Positions 7,433 through 16,321 of a DNA stretch of 24,000 bases are shown here, in pieces; position 1 is the stretch's first letter; each line of letters opens with the position of its first letter. Source of the DNA: Thermoplasmatota archaeon (GTDB lineage Archaea; Thermoplasmatota; E2; DHVEG-1); assembly GCA_025457885.1 (NCBI GenBank), contig JALOTN010000015.1:1-24000 (forward strand), given 5' to 3'. The notes under the pieces are model-generated. The model did not search any database. It was not told where the DNA came from and saw only the letters and a program-made list of their open reading frames with translations. Position numbers and translations under genes: made by a program.

Positions 7433-9103
7433 ATGTTAATCCAAAAGAAAAAAAGAGTAATTTGTACAGGCATGATGCTGGTGCTTACGGCATTTGTTGG
7501 GATATCGACAAATGTAGGTGCGACAGGATATCCACCCGTTGCTGAAGCTGGTGGTCCATATTTTGGTTATGAGTGTGATCCGGCTATTGATTTTGATGGA
7601 TCACTATCATACGACCCAGATGGAACGACATTACAGTATCGTTGGAATATCGATGGGACCTGGTCAGAATGGGGCTATGGACCTGAATATGATTATACCT
7701 ATTTCGATGACTTTTCAGGTTCAATTAGTCTTAATGTAACTGATGGGGATTTAGAGAATGTCGATACTGCTGATGTCGTCATTTTGAATAAACCACCATA
7801 TCTAGATTCAATGTATGGGCCTACAGCACCAATTGGTATTGGTGAGCCCGTCACCATTATCGTAAATTTTTTTGATGGAGCTCCAGATCCTCGTGTTGGA
7901 CCGTCTTCGACAGATACTTTTATCGCTACTTTTCAATGGGGCGATGATACCACTAACGATCCGATTTTATTAGGGGTGGGGGAATTTACAGTTCAGGATT
8001 CCCATACGTATACAGTGCCTGGTTTCTACGATGTTCTTGTTACCATTATCGATGATGATGGCGGAGTATTAGTTGTGAATTGGTACATATGGGTTGGTGG
8101 TGAAAACAGTCCTCAACTGTTTGCTGGACCGGATCGAATCATCGATGAAGGCTCCTGGATTATGAGTTATGCTTTCTTCGCCTTACCTGAGGAAGAAGGA
8201 TTATTCACTGCATTGGTTGATTATGGTGATGGAAATGAGCCACAAGAGGCGAATATTGAATATCTATCCTTGAATCATCAATATCTCGAAAATGGAATGT
8301 ACACCTTAGTGGTTACCATATTTAAAGATGGATCGTTTTATCTCTCTGATGACTCAATTATTACTGTTGTAAATGTTCCACCGACTATTAACTGGATGCT
8401 AGGCCCACCTGATGTTCCTATCCAAATCGGCAGCACGATTGATTTATATGCGATGTTTTCCGACCTTGGTATCCTAGATAACCAAGTCGCTCTTGTTGAT
8501 TGGGGCGATGGGCAGAGCACTCTATTGGATTTCTATGCCAATGAATTGGGGAGATATGATGTCTCTGAAAATCATCAGTACACAACCGCTGGAGTGTACA
8601 TGATAACCCTTACAGTAACCGATGATGATGGTGGTTCTGACTCTGAAAGTCTCGCATACTATGTTGTAGTGTATGACCCGACCGCTGGATTTGTCACTGG
8701 TGGTGGATGGATTATGGCTCCTGCGGGATCCTATCCTTCAGATCCGACCCTAACTGGAAAAGCCACGTTTGGTTTTGTCTCAAAATATAAAAAAGGACAG
8801 AGTTACCCGACTGGTAACACCGAATTCCAATTCCACGTGGCAGGTATGAATTTCCACTCGCACACATATGAGTGGTTAGTCATTGCAGGTCCATTGGCCA
8901 AATATAAAGGAACTGGAACAATAAACGGTGAGGGTAATTACGGGTTCCTGATCACGGCTAGAGACGGTCAGATTACCGGAGGCGGCGGTATCGATACATT
9001 CAGAATAAAAATCTGGGATGAAAATAATCCTGATCTGATTGTATTTGACAACATTGATGACACCGCATTAAATGGCGGTCAGATAACCATTCACAAAGCC
9101 TAA
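7433..9103 (+). CDS. secreted PKD-array protein (four PKD-like domains plus a C-terminal GGGW...GGQITIH beta-sandwich module)
   Basis: 556-aa ORF with a signal peptide (MLIQKKKRVICTGMMLVLTAFVG). PKD-type motifs: AGGPYFG...FDGSLSYDPDG, FQWGDDTT...HTYTVPGFYDVLVTIIDDDGG, VDWGDGQS...HQYTTAGVYMITLTVTDDDGG. It is colinear with the next gene over about 410 aa. Confidence 0.85.
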   Translation: MLIQKKKRVICTGMMLVLTAFVGISTNVGATGYPPVAEAGGPYFGYECDPAIDFDGSLSYDPDGTTLQYRWNIDGTWSEWGYGPEYDYTYFDDFSGSISLNVTDGDLENVDTADVVILNKPPYLDSMYGPTAPIGIGEPVTIIVNFFDGAPDPRVGPSSTDTFIATFQWGDDTTNDPILLGVGEFTVQDSHTYTVPGFYDVLVTIIDDDGGVLVVNWYIWVGGENSPQLFAGPDRIIDEGSWIMSYAFFALPEEEGLFTALVDYGDGNEPQEANIEYLSLNHQYLENGMYTLVVTIFKDGSFYLSDDSIITVVNVPPTINWMLGPPDVPIQIGSTIDLYAMFSDLGILDNQVALVDWGDGQSTLLDFYANELGRYDVSENHQYTTAGVYMITLTVTDDDGGSDSESLAYYVVVYDPTAGFVTGGGWIMAPAGSYPSDPTLTGKATFGFVSKYKKGQSYPTGNTEFQFHVAGMNFHSHTYEWLVIAGPLAKYKGTGTINGEGNYGFLITARDGQITGGGGIDTFRIKIWDENNPDLIVFDNIDDTALNGGQITIHKA

Positions 9104-9191
9104 TCAAACGACCCCCAACTCTCTTCTTTTTTTAATATTTTTTTGACATTTTCTCATTTTGCTGTTTTGCTTGTTCTGTCAATATCCTAGA

Positions 9192-9205
9192 ATATTTTTA
9201 TATAC
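9192..9205 (+). promoter_or_regulatory. TATA box/promoter of the second PKD-array gene
   Basis: Carries the same 14-mer atatttttatatac as at 7369-7382. It lies 42 nt upstream of ATG 9247, with GGAGGT SD at 9234-9239. Confidence 0.5.
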
Positions 9206-9246
9206 TTTCCAAGACAAAAGAGTACATTGTGGTGGAGGTAGAAACA

Positions 9247-10740
9247 ATGGTTTTTGAGAAGAAAAAAACAAGTTTTCTGATTGCGCTACTCTTTCTGTTG
9301 ACCGCTTTTGTCGGTATGCAGACATCTGTTGTTGCAGCAGGAGAACCCCCTATACCTGAAGCCGGTGGTCCATACATCGGTGAGGAATGTTATCCGATGC
9401 TGCTGGATGCATCAGGGTCCTATGACCCTGAGGGAGATTTGTTGACATATCGATGGTGCATCGATGGAGTATGGATAGAGAATGGGAATTATCCGTATAT
9501 CGAATGGACCTGGCATGATGAGTTCTCTGGTGAACTTATCCTAGAAGTCTCTGATGGAAGCACCATTGTTTCTGATACAGCCTCCGTCTCCATCGTCAAT
9601 GTACCCCCTGTGATTCTCGCTTTTAATGCTCCCTCAGAGGTAGATGAAGACACCGAGTTTCTCGTCCAAGTCAACTTCTTTGATGGATTACCTGATCCCC
9701 GTTCTCAGACCGCGTCTATGGATTCGTTCATGGTTACCTTCTCTTGGGATGATGGGACTTCCGATGAGTTATTTTTAGGTGCAGGGGAGTTTTCTACTGG
9801 GATGTCCCATGTCTATGAAGAAGCAGGGATCTATCAGGTACTGATCATACTTGCTGATTCAGATGGAGGAGAAACCCGCGCTGAATGGACCGTCGTCGTC
9901 GGGGAGGTAGCTTCTGTCGACGCTGGGCCTGATGCCATCATCGATGAAGGATCGATGTTTGTCAGCTCAGGGTTCCTTGGTGATTCAGATTCAGTAACCT
10001 ACACTGCTTTTGTTGATTACTATGATGATTCTGGAGCGATTCCCCTTGAGTTGTATCCGGGGAACACCTTTGATTTACGCCACCAGTACCTTGAGGATGG
10101 AATATATACCGTTCTTGTTATGGTTTTCAATGATGGGATGGAATATGGGGAGGACACCGTCGAGGTGACTGTTAACAATATTGATCCCTCGTTTGAGTCT
10201 CTTTCCTTGTCTACGAGTGATGCTGTGCAGCCCAATACTGCTGTTCAAGTGACTGGGTTGTTTTCTGATCCTGGAATCCTTGATGCCCATACGATAACAT
10301 TTGATTGGGGGGATGGGTCTTCTGTTGCGACAGATCTTGATGGCGGTGACTTTGTTCTGAGTGGGTCTCATAGCTATGCGAAGGCAGGGAACTATACCGT
10401 TCTCGTCACTATCCTGGATGATGATGGTGGGATGTGTAGTCGATCGGTGTTGGTGGTGGTCAAGGCTCCCCCGGCTCCATCGTCTCCTCCATCAACTGAC
10501 AGCATTAAAGGATATATCGCTGGTTTGAAGATCCCGCTTGGTCTGAAATTTAGTTTGTTCTCAGCTTTGGATATCGTTCCGCATCTTTTAAAACATCATA
10601 TGATTAGAGCTGCGATGAATCAATTACGAGCATTTATTCATTTTGTCGATGCACAGAGCGGGAAGCGGTTGACACAGGAGCAGGCTCATATTTTGATGAA
10701 CGCTGCTCGTTCGATCATCCAATCATTGAACGTACGGTGA
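9247..10740 (+). CDS. secreted PKD-array protein, paralogue of 7433..9103, with a proline linker and an alpha-helical C-terminal tail
   Basis: The track ORF starts at GTG 9229. I prefer ATG 9247, which has GGAGGT 7 nt upstream and begins with the signal peptide MVFEKKKTSFLIALLFLLTAFVG. Same four-domain order as its neighbour (AGGPYIG..., FSWDDGTS..., FDWGDGSS...HSYAKAGNYTVLVTILDDDGG). It then diverges into KAPPAPSSPPS plus a helical ...AAMNQLRAFIHFVDAQSGKRLTQEQAHILMNAARSIIQSL. Confidence 0.85.
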   Translation: MVFEKKKTSFLIALLFLLTAFVGMQTSVVAAGEPPIPEAGGPYIGEECYPMLLDASGSYDPEGDLLTYRWCIDGVWIENGNYPYIEWTWHDEFSGELILEVSDGSTIVSDTASVSIVNVPPVILAFNAPSEVDEDTEFLVQVNFFDGLPDPRSQTASMDSFMVTFSWDDGTSDELFLGAGEFSTGMSHVYEEAGIYQVLIILADSDGGETRAEWTVVVGEVASVDAGPDAIIDEGSMFVSSGFLGDSDSVTYTAFVDYYDDSGAIPLELYPGNTFDLRHQYLEDGIYTVLVMVFNDGMEYGEDTVEVTVNNIDPSFESLSLSTSDAVQPNTAVQVTGLFSDPGILDAHTITFDWGDGSSVATDLDGGDFVLSGSHSYAKAGNYTVLVTILDDDGGMCSRSVLVVVKAPPAPSSPPSTDSIKGYIAGLKIPLGLKFSLFSALDIVPHLLKHHMIRAAMNQLRAFIHFVDAQSGKRLTQEQAHILMNAARSIIQSLNVR

Positions 10741-10752
10741 GAAAAGAACATC

Positions 10753-10786
10753 TTTTTTTTTTACCCCTTTTTTTTATTTATTTTTT
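10753..10786 (+). terminator. oligo-T terminator cluster
   Basis: T10 (10753-10762), T8 (10768-10775) and T6 (10781-10786) lie directly after the stop at 10738-10740. Confidence 0.55.
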
Positions 10787-10816
10787 GAATAACGCTAATA
10801 AGGTGAAATCAGATAC

Positions 10817-11173
10817 ATGGTCATGACGAAAACAGCGTTAGGGTTAGAGGAGAATTTTGAGGCGATGCTATGCTATCTCTTACTTTGGATCTCCGGATTG
10901 TTTTTTTATTTTGTTGAGGATAAGAACAAGTTCATCCGTTTCCATGCGATGCAGTCTATCCTGGTGTTTCTCCCGTTGATGATCCTTGCCTGGATTTTCG
11001 GCGGGTTTTTTGGAGTGTTTTCGTACGGGTCTGGATGGTATTTCTTAGCCTGGATCAGCTGGGTGTTCTGGGGTATCGTGTTTGTCATGTGGCTTGTGCT
11101 CATGGTCAAAGCGTATCAAATGGTGAAATTTAAGTTACCGATTGTTGGGGATATCGCGGAGAAAAACTCGTAA
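10817..11173 (+). CDS. DUF4870-family small membrane protein
   Basis: 118-aa ORF. EENFEAMLCYLLLWISGLFFYFVEDKNKFIRFHAMQS matches the DUF4870 signature as I recall it. Three to four TM helices. AAGGTGA SD upstream. Confidence 0.75.
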   Translation: MVMTKTALGLEENFEAMLCYLLLWISGLFFYFVEDKNKFIRFHAMQSILVFLPLMILAWIFGGFFGVFSYGSGWYFLAWISWVFWGIVFVMWLVLMVKAYQMVKFKLPIVGDIAEKNS

Positions 11174-11232
11174 TCATCCCACATCGTGAATAAAATAATT
11201 ACTAATTCTTTTTAATATATTTAAAAGAAAAA

Positions 11233-11240
11233 TTTATAAA
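11233..11240 (+). promoter_or_regulatory. TATA-box-like element upstream of the DUF4382 gene
   Basis: tttataaa lies 46 nt upstream of ATG 11286. GGAGGT SD at 11275-11280. Confidence 0.4.
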
Positions 11241-11285
11241 TCATAGATTCATTGGAATTCTCAAGAGATAACATGGAGGTTGTGT

Positions 11286-11810
11286 ATGAAAAAGATTTTC
11301 TTTCTAGGTATCTGTGCAGCATTGATTGTTGTTACAGTGTTTAGTGGTTGCTTACAGCAAGGAACAGGGGAGTTGGTGCTTCGGATAACCGATGCTCCTA
11401 GTGGTTTGAATATCACTCATGCGAACGTCACTATCTCTCAGGTCCAGGTGCATAGGAGCGCTGGTGGGGGGAATAACACGACCGCTGGGTGGTATACGGT
11501 GGTGAATGAATCACGGACGTTTGATTTGATCGCATTGACAAACGTCACTGAGTTTTTCGGTAGTGCGAACCTCAGTGTGGGGATGTACACGCAGATTCGG
11601 CTCACCGTAGAATCCTGCATCATCACGGTGAATGGAACGGAGTATGATTGTAAAGTCCCCTCAGAAAAGATCAAACTCATCAAGCCGTTTGTGTTACGAG
11701 CCAATGAGACGTTGGTCTTGACGTTGGATTTCGACGCACAAGAATCAATCTCGGAGACTGGAAGCCATACCTACCTGTTCCAACCGGTCATCAAAGTGAT
11801 TCAGGAATAA
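11286..11810 (+). CDS. DUF4382 domain lipoprotein
   Basis: The track ORF begins at TTG 11280. ATG 11286 sits 5 nt after GGAGGT. Signal plus lipobox VFSGC. LVLRITDAP...VQVH...W...FDLIALTN...GMYTQIRL...VPSEKIKL is the DUF4382 pattern. Nine N-x-S/T sequons. Confidence 0.8.
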   Translation: MKKIFFLGICAALIVVTVFSGCLQQGTGELVLRITDAPSGLNITHANVTISQVQVHRSAGGGNNTTAGWYTVVNESRTFDLIALTNVTEFFGSANLSVGMYTQIRLTVESCIITVNGTEYDCKVPSEKIKLIKPFVLRANETLVLTLDFDAQESISETGSHTYLFQPVIKVIQE

Positions 11811-11889
11811 TCACTTTTTTTTCCTTTTTTTCTATTGATATTTTTTTATAGTGCGATTCTTTATTGAATAATCAGTACGGTGGGTATCT

Positions 11890-12285
11890 ATGAAAACGAA
11901 AACCCTTCATCAGTCCGTTGTCTTTGAGGCAGAGCCTCATCAGGTATTTGAGATGTTGATGGATTCGAAAAAACATGCGGCATTCACTGGTGCGAAAGCG
12001 AAAATCGGTCGGAATGTCGGGGACAGCTTCAGTGTCTGGGATGACTGGGCAACTGGTTCGAATGTGCAGATTGTTCCTGATAAGAAGATTGTGCAAAAAT
12101 GGCGGGGTGCTGATTGGCCGAAGGATCATTTTTCACAGGTGATGTTTGAATTAAAAAAAATCGATCGGGGGACTCGTTTGGATTTTACGCAGACGTTTAT
12201 CCCTGAGGCATTGTATGAGGAGATTGCCCAGGGGTGGAAGGAATGGTATTGGGAGAAGCTTCGGGCTTTTTTTGCGAGAAAATAA
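11890..12285 (+). CDS. SRPBCC-superfamily protein (AHSA1 / activator of Hsp90 ATPase homologue-like domain)
   Basis: 131-aa ORF. LHQSVVFEAEPHQVFEMLMDSKKHAAFTG... and the C-terminal GWKEWYWEKL are typical of the family. Confidence 0.8.
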   Translation: MKTKTLHQSVVFEAEPHQVFEMLMDSKKHAAFTGAKAKIGRNVGDSFSVWDDWATGSNVQIVPDKKIVQKWRGADWPKDHFSQVMFELKKIDRGTRLDFTQTFIPEALYEEIAQGWKEWYWEKLRAFFARK

Positions 12286-12340
12286 ATTCTTAAATGAGTA
12301 TTAAATTATTTGGAGTGTCGGTTTTTTTTATTTTTAATTA

Positions 12341-13006
12341 TTATTCGACACTGAAAAGGCTGTCTGCGAGGTCCTCGAAGGAGTAGTTTGTGTAGGTTGA
12401 TGTGATTGTCACAATACTTCCTTCGGCAGTGGAGGTGTATTGCTCTTTGAGTGGTACGCCTCTGTCGTTCCAGAGCCAGAGGGTGACCGTCGTGGTGTTT
12501 CCACCTTGGTTGGGATGGTATTGGATGATGGTGGTAGGAATACCGCTAAGATTCTCGGTTCCTGTGATGGTAAGGGTCTGGTTGTTGAGGAGGTTTTGAA
12601 CCATGTCGGTGGTGGTTGGTTGAGGGATGATCTGTTGTGAATTGAGTTGATAGGAATTCGTGGTGTTGTCATAGACGTAGATGCCTTCTGGTCGTTTGAT
12701 GATGGAAAGGTTGGTGGTTATATTTCCGATGGTGCTGTTGGTGTTGATAGTGGTGATGGTGACGTCTTCTTTGAGGTAGGGTGTTTTTTGCCAGATTTTC
12801 ATAGTAGTGGTTTGGGGGATGATCCCGTCGATGACGAACGTGGTGTCAATCTGGTAGGAGACGGTTTCGAGGATCGCTGCTTTTTCTAGGATTGTTTGGA
12901 TGGTTTCTTCTGGTGTTGGGGTTTGTTGTTGGGTGCAGCCGCTGTTTAAGAGGATGATACAGGTGAGTATGGTGATGATTCCAAGGAGTCGTATGGGTTG
13001 ATTCAT
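12341..13006 (-). CDS. Thr/Asn-rich lipoprotein, possibly a LolA-like fold
   Basis: 221-aa ORF. Signal plus lipobox LLNSGC. MKIWQKTPYLKEDV...IYVYDNTTNSY resembles outer-membrane lipoprotein-sorting/LolA-like families. Eight N-x-S/T sequons. GAAGGAA SD. Confidence 0.65.
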   Translation of the reverse strand: MNQPIRLLGIITILTCIILLNSGCTQQQTPTPEETIQTILEKAAILETVSYQIDTTFVIDGIIPQTTTMKIWQKTPYLKEDVTITTINTNSTIGNITTNLSIIKRPEGIYVYDNTTNSYQLNSQQIIPQPTTTDMVQNLLNNQTLTITGTENLSGIPTTIIQYHPNQGGNTTTVTLWLWNDRGVPLKEQYTSTAEGSIVTITSTYTNYSFEDLADSLFSVE

Positions 13007-13247
13007 GATATTCCTTCTTTTTTTCTCAGTTGCACAAGCCCTTGTTCCTTAAAAAGTTTTTCAAATTCTCAGAGGAGGGTAGATGATTTTTTTCTGTTGA
13101 CTCATAGAGTATTTCTCGGGTATTTTTTCTGTTGTTCTCTGAGTTTTTTTGGATGTTAGAACCATAGATTTAAATATTATATAAGTTAATATATAAAATA
13201 TAAAGATTTAAAATTAGATATTAGGAAGAAACAATGAGTTGTGATTT

Positions 13248-13541
13248 ATGACCGAGCAAGAAAGCGTTTCCATCAAAAAGGCAATCGACGACCTCATGCA
13301 GACCCACATCTTCAAAGAACTCGCAAAGCAGAACGACCCAGAGTTCACCAGACAACTCGCCCTCTGGCTCATCAGATATATCCTCGTGCTTGTCACCATG
13401 AAAAGCTCCTTTAAAATCAGCTTCGAAGAAACCCTGTTAAACCTCCACGGGGAAAGCTACCAGAAGATCATCGAAGTCACCAATCAGACCTTCCAAAACA
13501 AACAAGACCAACCAGAAAACGATAACACCTACATCCAATAA
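13248..13541 (+). CDS. hypothetical protein, 97 aa
   Basis: ORF with coding-like codon bias (C-ending codons). An AT-rich TATA-like region lies upstream and an A-rich stretch follows the stop. No recognisable motif and only a weak SD. Confidence 0.45.
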   Translation: MTEQESVSIKKAIDDLMQTHIFKELAKQNDPEFTRQLALWLIRYILVLVTMKSSFKISFEETLLNLHGESYQKIIEVTNQTFQNKQDQPENDNTYIQ

Positions 13542-13594
13542 AAAAAAACAAAAGAAAGGTAAGAGAGGACGTCTCCTACCGTCTATCTCCTTTT

Positions 13595-14155
13595 TTAATA
13601 CTTCCGAGTCTTCTGCCAGTATTCTTTTAACTCATGAAGCGCCTGATCAAGTGTAATCGTTGTCTTCGCGGTCGTAATATGATTTGGCTCGATCGGGAAG
13701 GTCGTGTTATGCGGCAGATGCCAGGTCTCACAGATATAGGGGTCCAGCAGGACACCAATGTTGTTAATGGTCCCATTGCTTTCCACCCAGGTGGTAAAGG
13801 TCCCTACCCGGGAGTGGAACTTGTCATAGACCGGCATTTCGATGAGCTCATCGATAGGGCAGGTCATTGGACCGCAGGGCAGTGTCTTGTTCCAGTATCT
13901 GGTCAGGTCATCCATGGTTTTCGTCAAGGTGACCGTGTTGCCGACCGTGCGGATATAGTCGTTATAGACCGGTATTAATTTGTTTGCGCCACGGAAATAG
14001 GTGTTCCGTGCGAAGTCGTTTAACTTTATCCCGAAGAAATACCCGGGATAATCGTCGTTCCAGCTGTTCCATGTTTTGTCTATCCAACCGACTGCGTTTC
14101 CGGTGGCGTCAAAAACTTCTTTTCCAATTAACTCATTAGAGTTCCATATTTTCAT
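13595..14155 (-). CDS. tandem PRC-barrel domain protein
   Basis: 186-aa ORF. ELIGKEVFDATGNAVGWIDK is a PRC-barrel opening motif. A second copy follows (ELIEMPVYDKFHSRVGTFTTW). Strong GAGGTGGA SD 6 nt upstream. Confidence 0.7.
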   Translation of the reverse strand: MKIWNSNELIGKEVFDATGNAVGWIDKTWNSWNDDYPGYFFGIKLNDFARNTYFRGANKLIPVYNDYIRTVGNTVTLTKTMDDLTRYWNKTLPCGPMTCPIDELIEMPVYDKFHSRVGTFTTWVESNGTINNIGVLLDPYICETWHLPHNTTFPIEPNHITTAKTTITLDQALHELKEYWQKTRKY

Positions 14156-14257
14156 CTATTTCCACCTCACTACCTAGTGTAGTTTAATATCTCCTAGTGT
14201 TTTTTTGATATGTAATTATTTAATTTAAAGTTTTCTATCAGAGAAAAATCTTTTATG

Positions 14258-14285
14258 AAAAAAAATCACAAAAAAAGAAAAAAAA
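14258..14285 (-). terminator. oligo-T terminator (on the minus strand)
   Basis: A8/A7/A8 runs on the plus strand are T-runs on the coding strand, immediately after the TAG stop at 14295-14297. Confidence 0.5.
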
Positions 14286-14294
14286 GAGAGGAGT

Positions 14295-15566
14295 CTAGGA
14301 GACCCCGATGACGAAGAACAACAGAACTGTCCCCGAACTGGCTGTCTCTGTCACACCGACTGCTGCAGTGATATCCGCTTTTCCAAAACCAACGACGATA
14401 TCCTTGACGGTGACAGATTCACCAGCAGGAATGCTGGGGATTGTTCCGGTTTTGTCTTTTCCCACAAAAATCAAGTTCCCATCAACGGTGATGGACCAAG
14501 CGACATCGGTTAACTCAGTTGTTCCGATGTTCTTGATTTCAGCTGAAACCCCAAAACCACCCTTTATTGTGATCTGCACCGGTAACGCATGTTCGATGGT
14601 AAAGACACTTGTTTTTTCCGTTTCTTGGTTTCCTGCGTTATCCACCGAATAGAAGCGGATTGTATGAGCCCCATCCGTAGTCACCACAAAGGAACTAGTA
14701 TATGCTGTCCATTCCCCATCATCAAGTTTGTATTGGGTATAGTTCACACCAGATTGAGCATCCGTCGCACTCAGTGAGACGGTGACATCGCTTGTATAGA
14801 TATCACCAACCAAGCTTCCCTCCAGGGTACAGGTGGTGACTGGTGGGGTGGTGTCTTCAGTACCAGAGCCGGTGACTTCGAAATCATCCATGAAGAACGC
14901 GTACACATCATAGGAAAAGACATGGATAGCGATGTAAATGGATTGTCCTGAATACGCGGAGATGTCAAAGCTGTATTCTGTCCAGGTGACAGGTGCATCG
15001 TTATTCACCTGTAGAATGGTGAAGCTTGTCGGATCGGTATCCGTTGTCGAGACGCCGATTTCGAAATCCTCAAGACCGTATTGGTCATCCAATGATCGAG
15101 CCCATAGAGAAACCGCATCATAGGATGTTGCGGTCAGCTGCGGGGTGAACAACCAATCATCATTTGGCGCCATCGCAGTCACCGTATCCCAACAAGAGAT
15201 GTATTTTTCCCCGGTATGAGCGTCAAAGGTCTCATCGAGTGGTGGTGTGGTCTGCGTTGGGTTGAAGATCATATACGACCCAGTGTAATACTCATTGGGC
15301 CAGTCAACACCCTCCATGCCCCAGGTCTGACCGCCTTCACCATCAAAGGTCGTCCATGGTGGGAAATCATCAACAATGAAATCCTCATAGGTCTCAAAAC
15401 TATCGGAGAACAAGATATCCCGGTCTGATATGGCGGTGTTTTGTCGACTCTGGTTCTCAGGATTTGTTTTTGTGATTGTGTTCATTGCCGATGCTGGTAG
15501 GATGAGGGCACAGGCGATACAACAGACGAAAGCTGCCTTTCCAATATTCTTCTTATATTTTTTCAT
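14295..15566 (-). CDS. secreted choice-of-anchor-J domain protein with an Ig-like (OmpL47-type) domain and a CARDB-like C-terminal domain
   Basis: 423-aa ORF with a signal peptide. FSDSFE...DDFPPWTTFDGEGGQTW...NDDWLFTPQL...FEIGVST...SAYSGQSIYIAIHV is the choice-of-anchor-J pattern (nt 14868-15419). SATDAQSGVNYTQYKLDDGEW...IRFYSVDNAGNQE is the Ig-like domain (14592-14855). The C-terminal IKGGFGVSAEIKNIGTTELTDVAW...VGFG...LLFFVIGVS lies at 14298-14585. Confidence 0.8.
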   Translation of the reverse strand: MKKYKKNIGKAAFVCCIACALILPASAMNTITKTNPENQSRQNTAISDRDILFSDSFETYEDFIVDDFPPWTTFDGEGGQTWGMEGVDWPNEYYTGSYMIFNPTQTTPPLDETFDAHTGEKYISCWDTVTAMAPNDDWLFTPQLTATSYDAVSLWARSLDDQYGLEDFEIGVSTTDTDPTSFTILQVNNDAPVTWTEYSFDISAYSGQSIYIAIHVFSYDVYAFFMDDFEVTGSGTEDTTPPVTTCTLEGSLVGDIYTSDVTVSLSATDAQSGVNYTQYKLDDGEWTAYTSSFVVTTDGAHTIRFYSVDNAGNQETEKTSVFTIEHALPVQITIKGGFGVSAEIKNIGTTELTDVAWSITVDGNLIFVGKDKTGTIPSIPAGESVTVKDIVVGFGKADITAAVGVTETASSGTVLLFFVIGVS

Positions 15567-15786
15567 ATATGTATTCCCCTAGTATAACAAATCTTATCAG
15601 ATTAATAATAATATTTAAAGAAATCTTGGACAAAACATAATATTTTATATCTTTATTTTACAGATGACAAAAAATATGGAATTATGGTGGAAAGGCTTGT
15701 TTTTACAGCTCCAAGTAAAAAAAAGAAGGACTCTTCCCAATGAACAACAGAAAAGCCCCTGAAAGAGTCAATCCAATGGGATATTC

Positions 15787-16197
15787 TTACAGTATCACAA
15801 ACAAGTAATCCCGGTACACAATCTGTCCTGTTTGCATATACATCGAATTAATTTTCGTATGCAGCAAATCCGCTGGTGGGATACTCACTTTGATGAAATA
15901 CAGTTTCGGTCGGAACAATCGAGAATGAAGCTGAAACAGACAATCTCCTCGCTCATCAGTTTGCCCGGTATATTTATGGAAAAACCCTTTCACGCTGATA
16001 TTTGCCCCCATGTAAGGATGCAGCCCCTCTCCTGGGGTGTAGACCGAGACATGGATAAGGAGATATCCTTTCAACTCCACCGGTGTTGCAGACTCCTCAG
16101 AAGGTTTTTGATCCACATTATATCCAGATACTGAGACGACCGGCAGAACCAGCAGCAATAGAAACAAAACACCAAATACTACTTTATTTTTTTTCAT
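15787..16197 (-). CDS. small secreted protein, possibly a carboxypeptidase-regulatory-like beta-sandwich
   Basis: The track start is 16209. I prefer ATG 16197, which has GGTGAT SD 4 nt upstream and the canonical signal MKKNKVVFGVLFLLLLVLPVVSVSG. GANISVKGFFHKYTGQTDERGDCLFQL resembles the CarboxypepD_reg motif. Confidence 0.55.
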   Translation of the reverse strand: MKKNKVVFGVLFLLLLVLPVVSVSGYNVDQKPSEESATPVELKGYLLIHVSVYTPGEGLHPYMGANISVKGFFHKYTGQTDERGDCLFQLHSRLFRPKLYFIKVSIPPADLLHTKINSMYMQTGQIVYRDYLFVIL

Positions 16198-16321
16198 GAT
16201 TATCACCATATCTACAGATTTATAAGAGATAGATGTATAAAAACCTACCTCCCGAGAGCGTAATATTTAAGCCTAAAACATTGTTTCTGCATTAATAACT
16301 ATCTTAGAGGAGAGAAAAGCT

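Noticed and set aside
12402-12889. Plus-strand ORFs (65, 66 and 80 aa) rich in Gly/Val/Asp
   Set aside because: They are the complement of Thr/Asn/Ile-rich codons of the minus-strand lipoprotein gene. They have no SD or promoter and no recognisable motif.
15664-15762. 32-aa intergenic ORF (MTKNMELWWKGLF...); a similar 29-aa ORF lies at 22021-22110
   Set aside because: Neither has an SD or a correctly spaced TATA box, and neither has a recognisable motif. ORFs of this size are expected by chance in 200-nt spacers.
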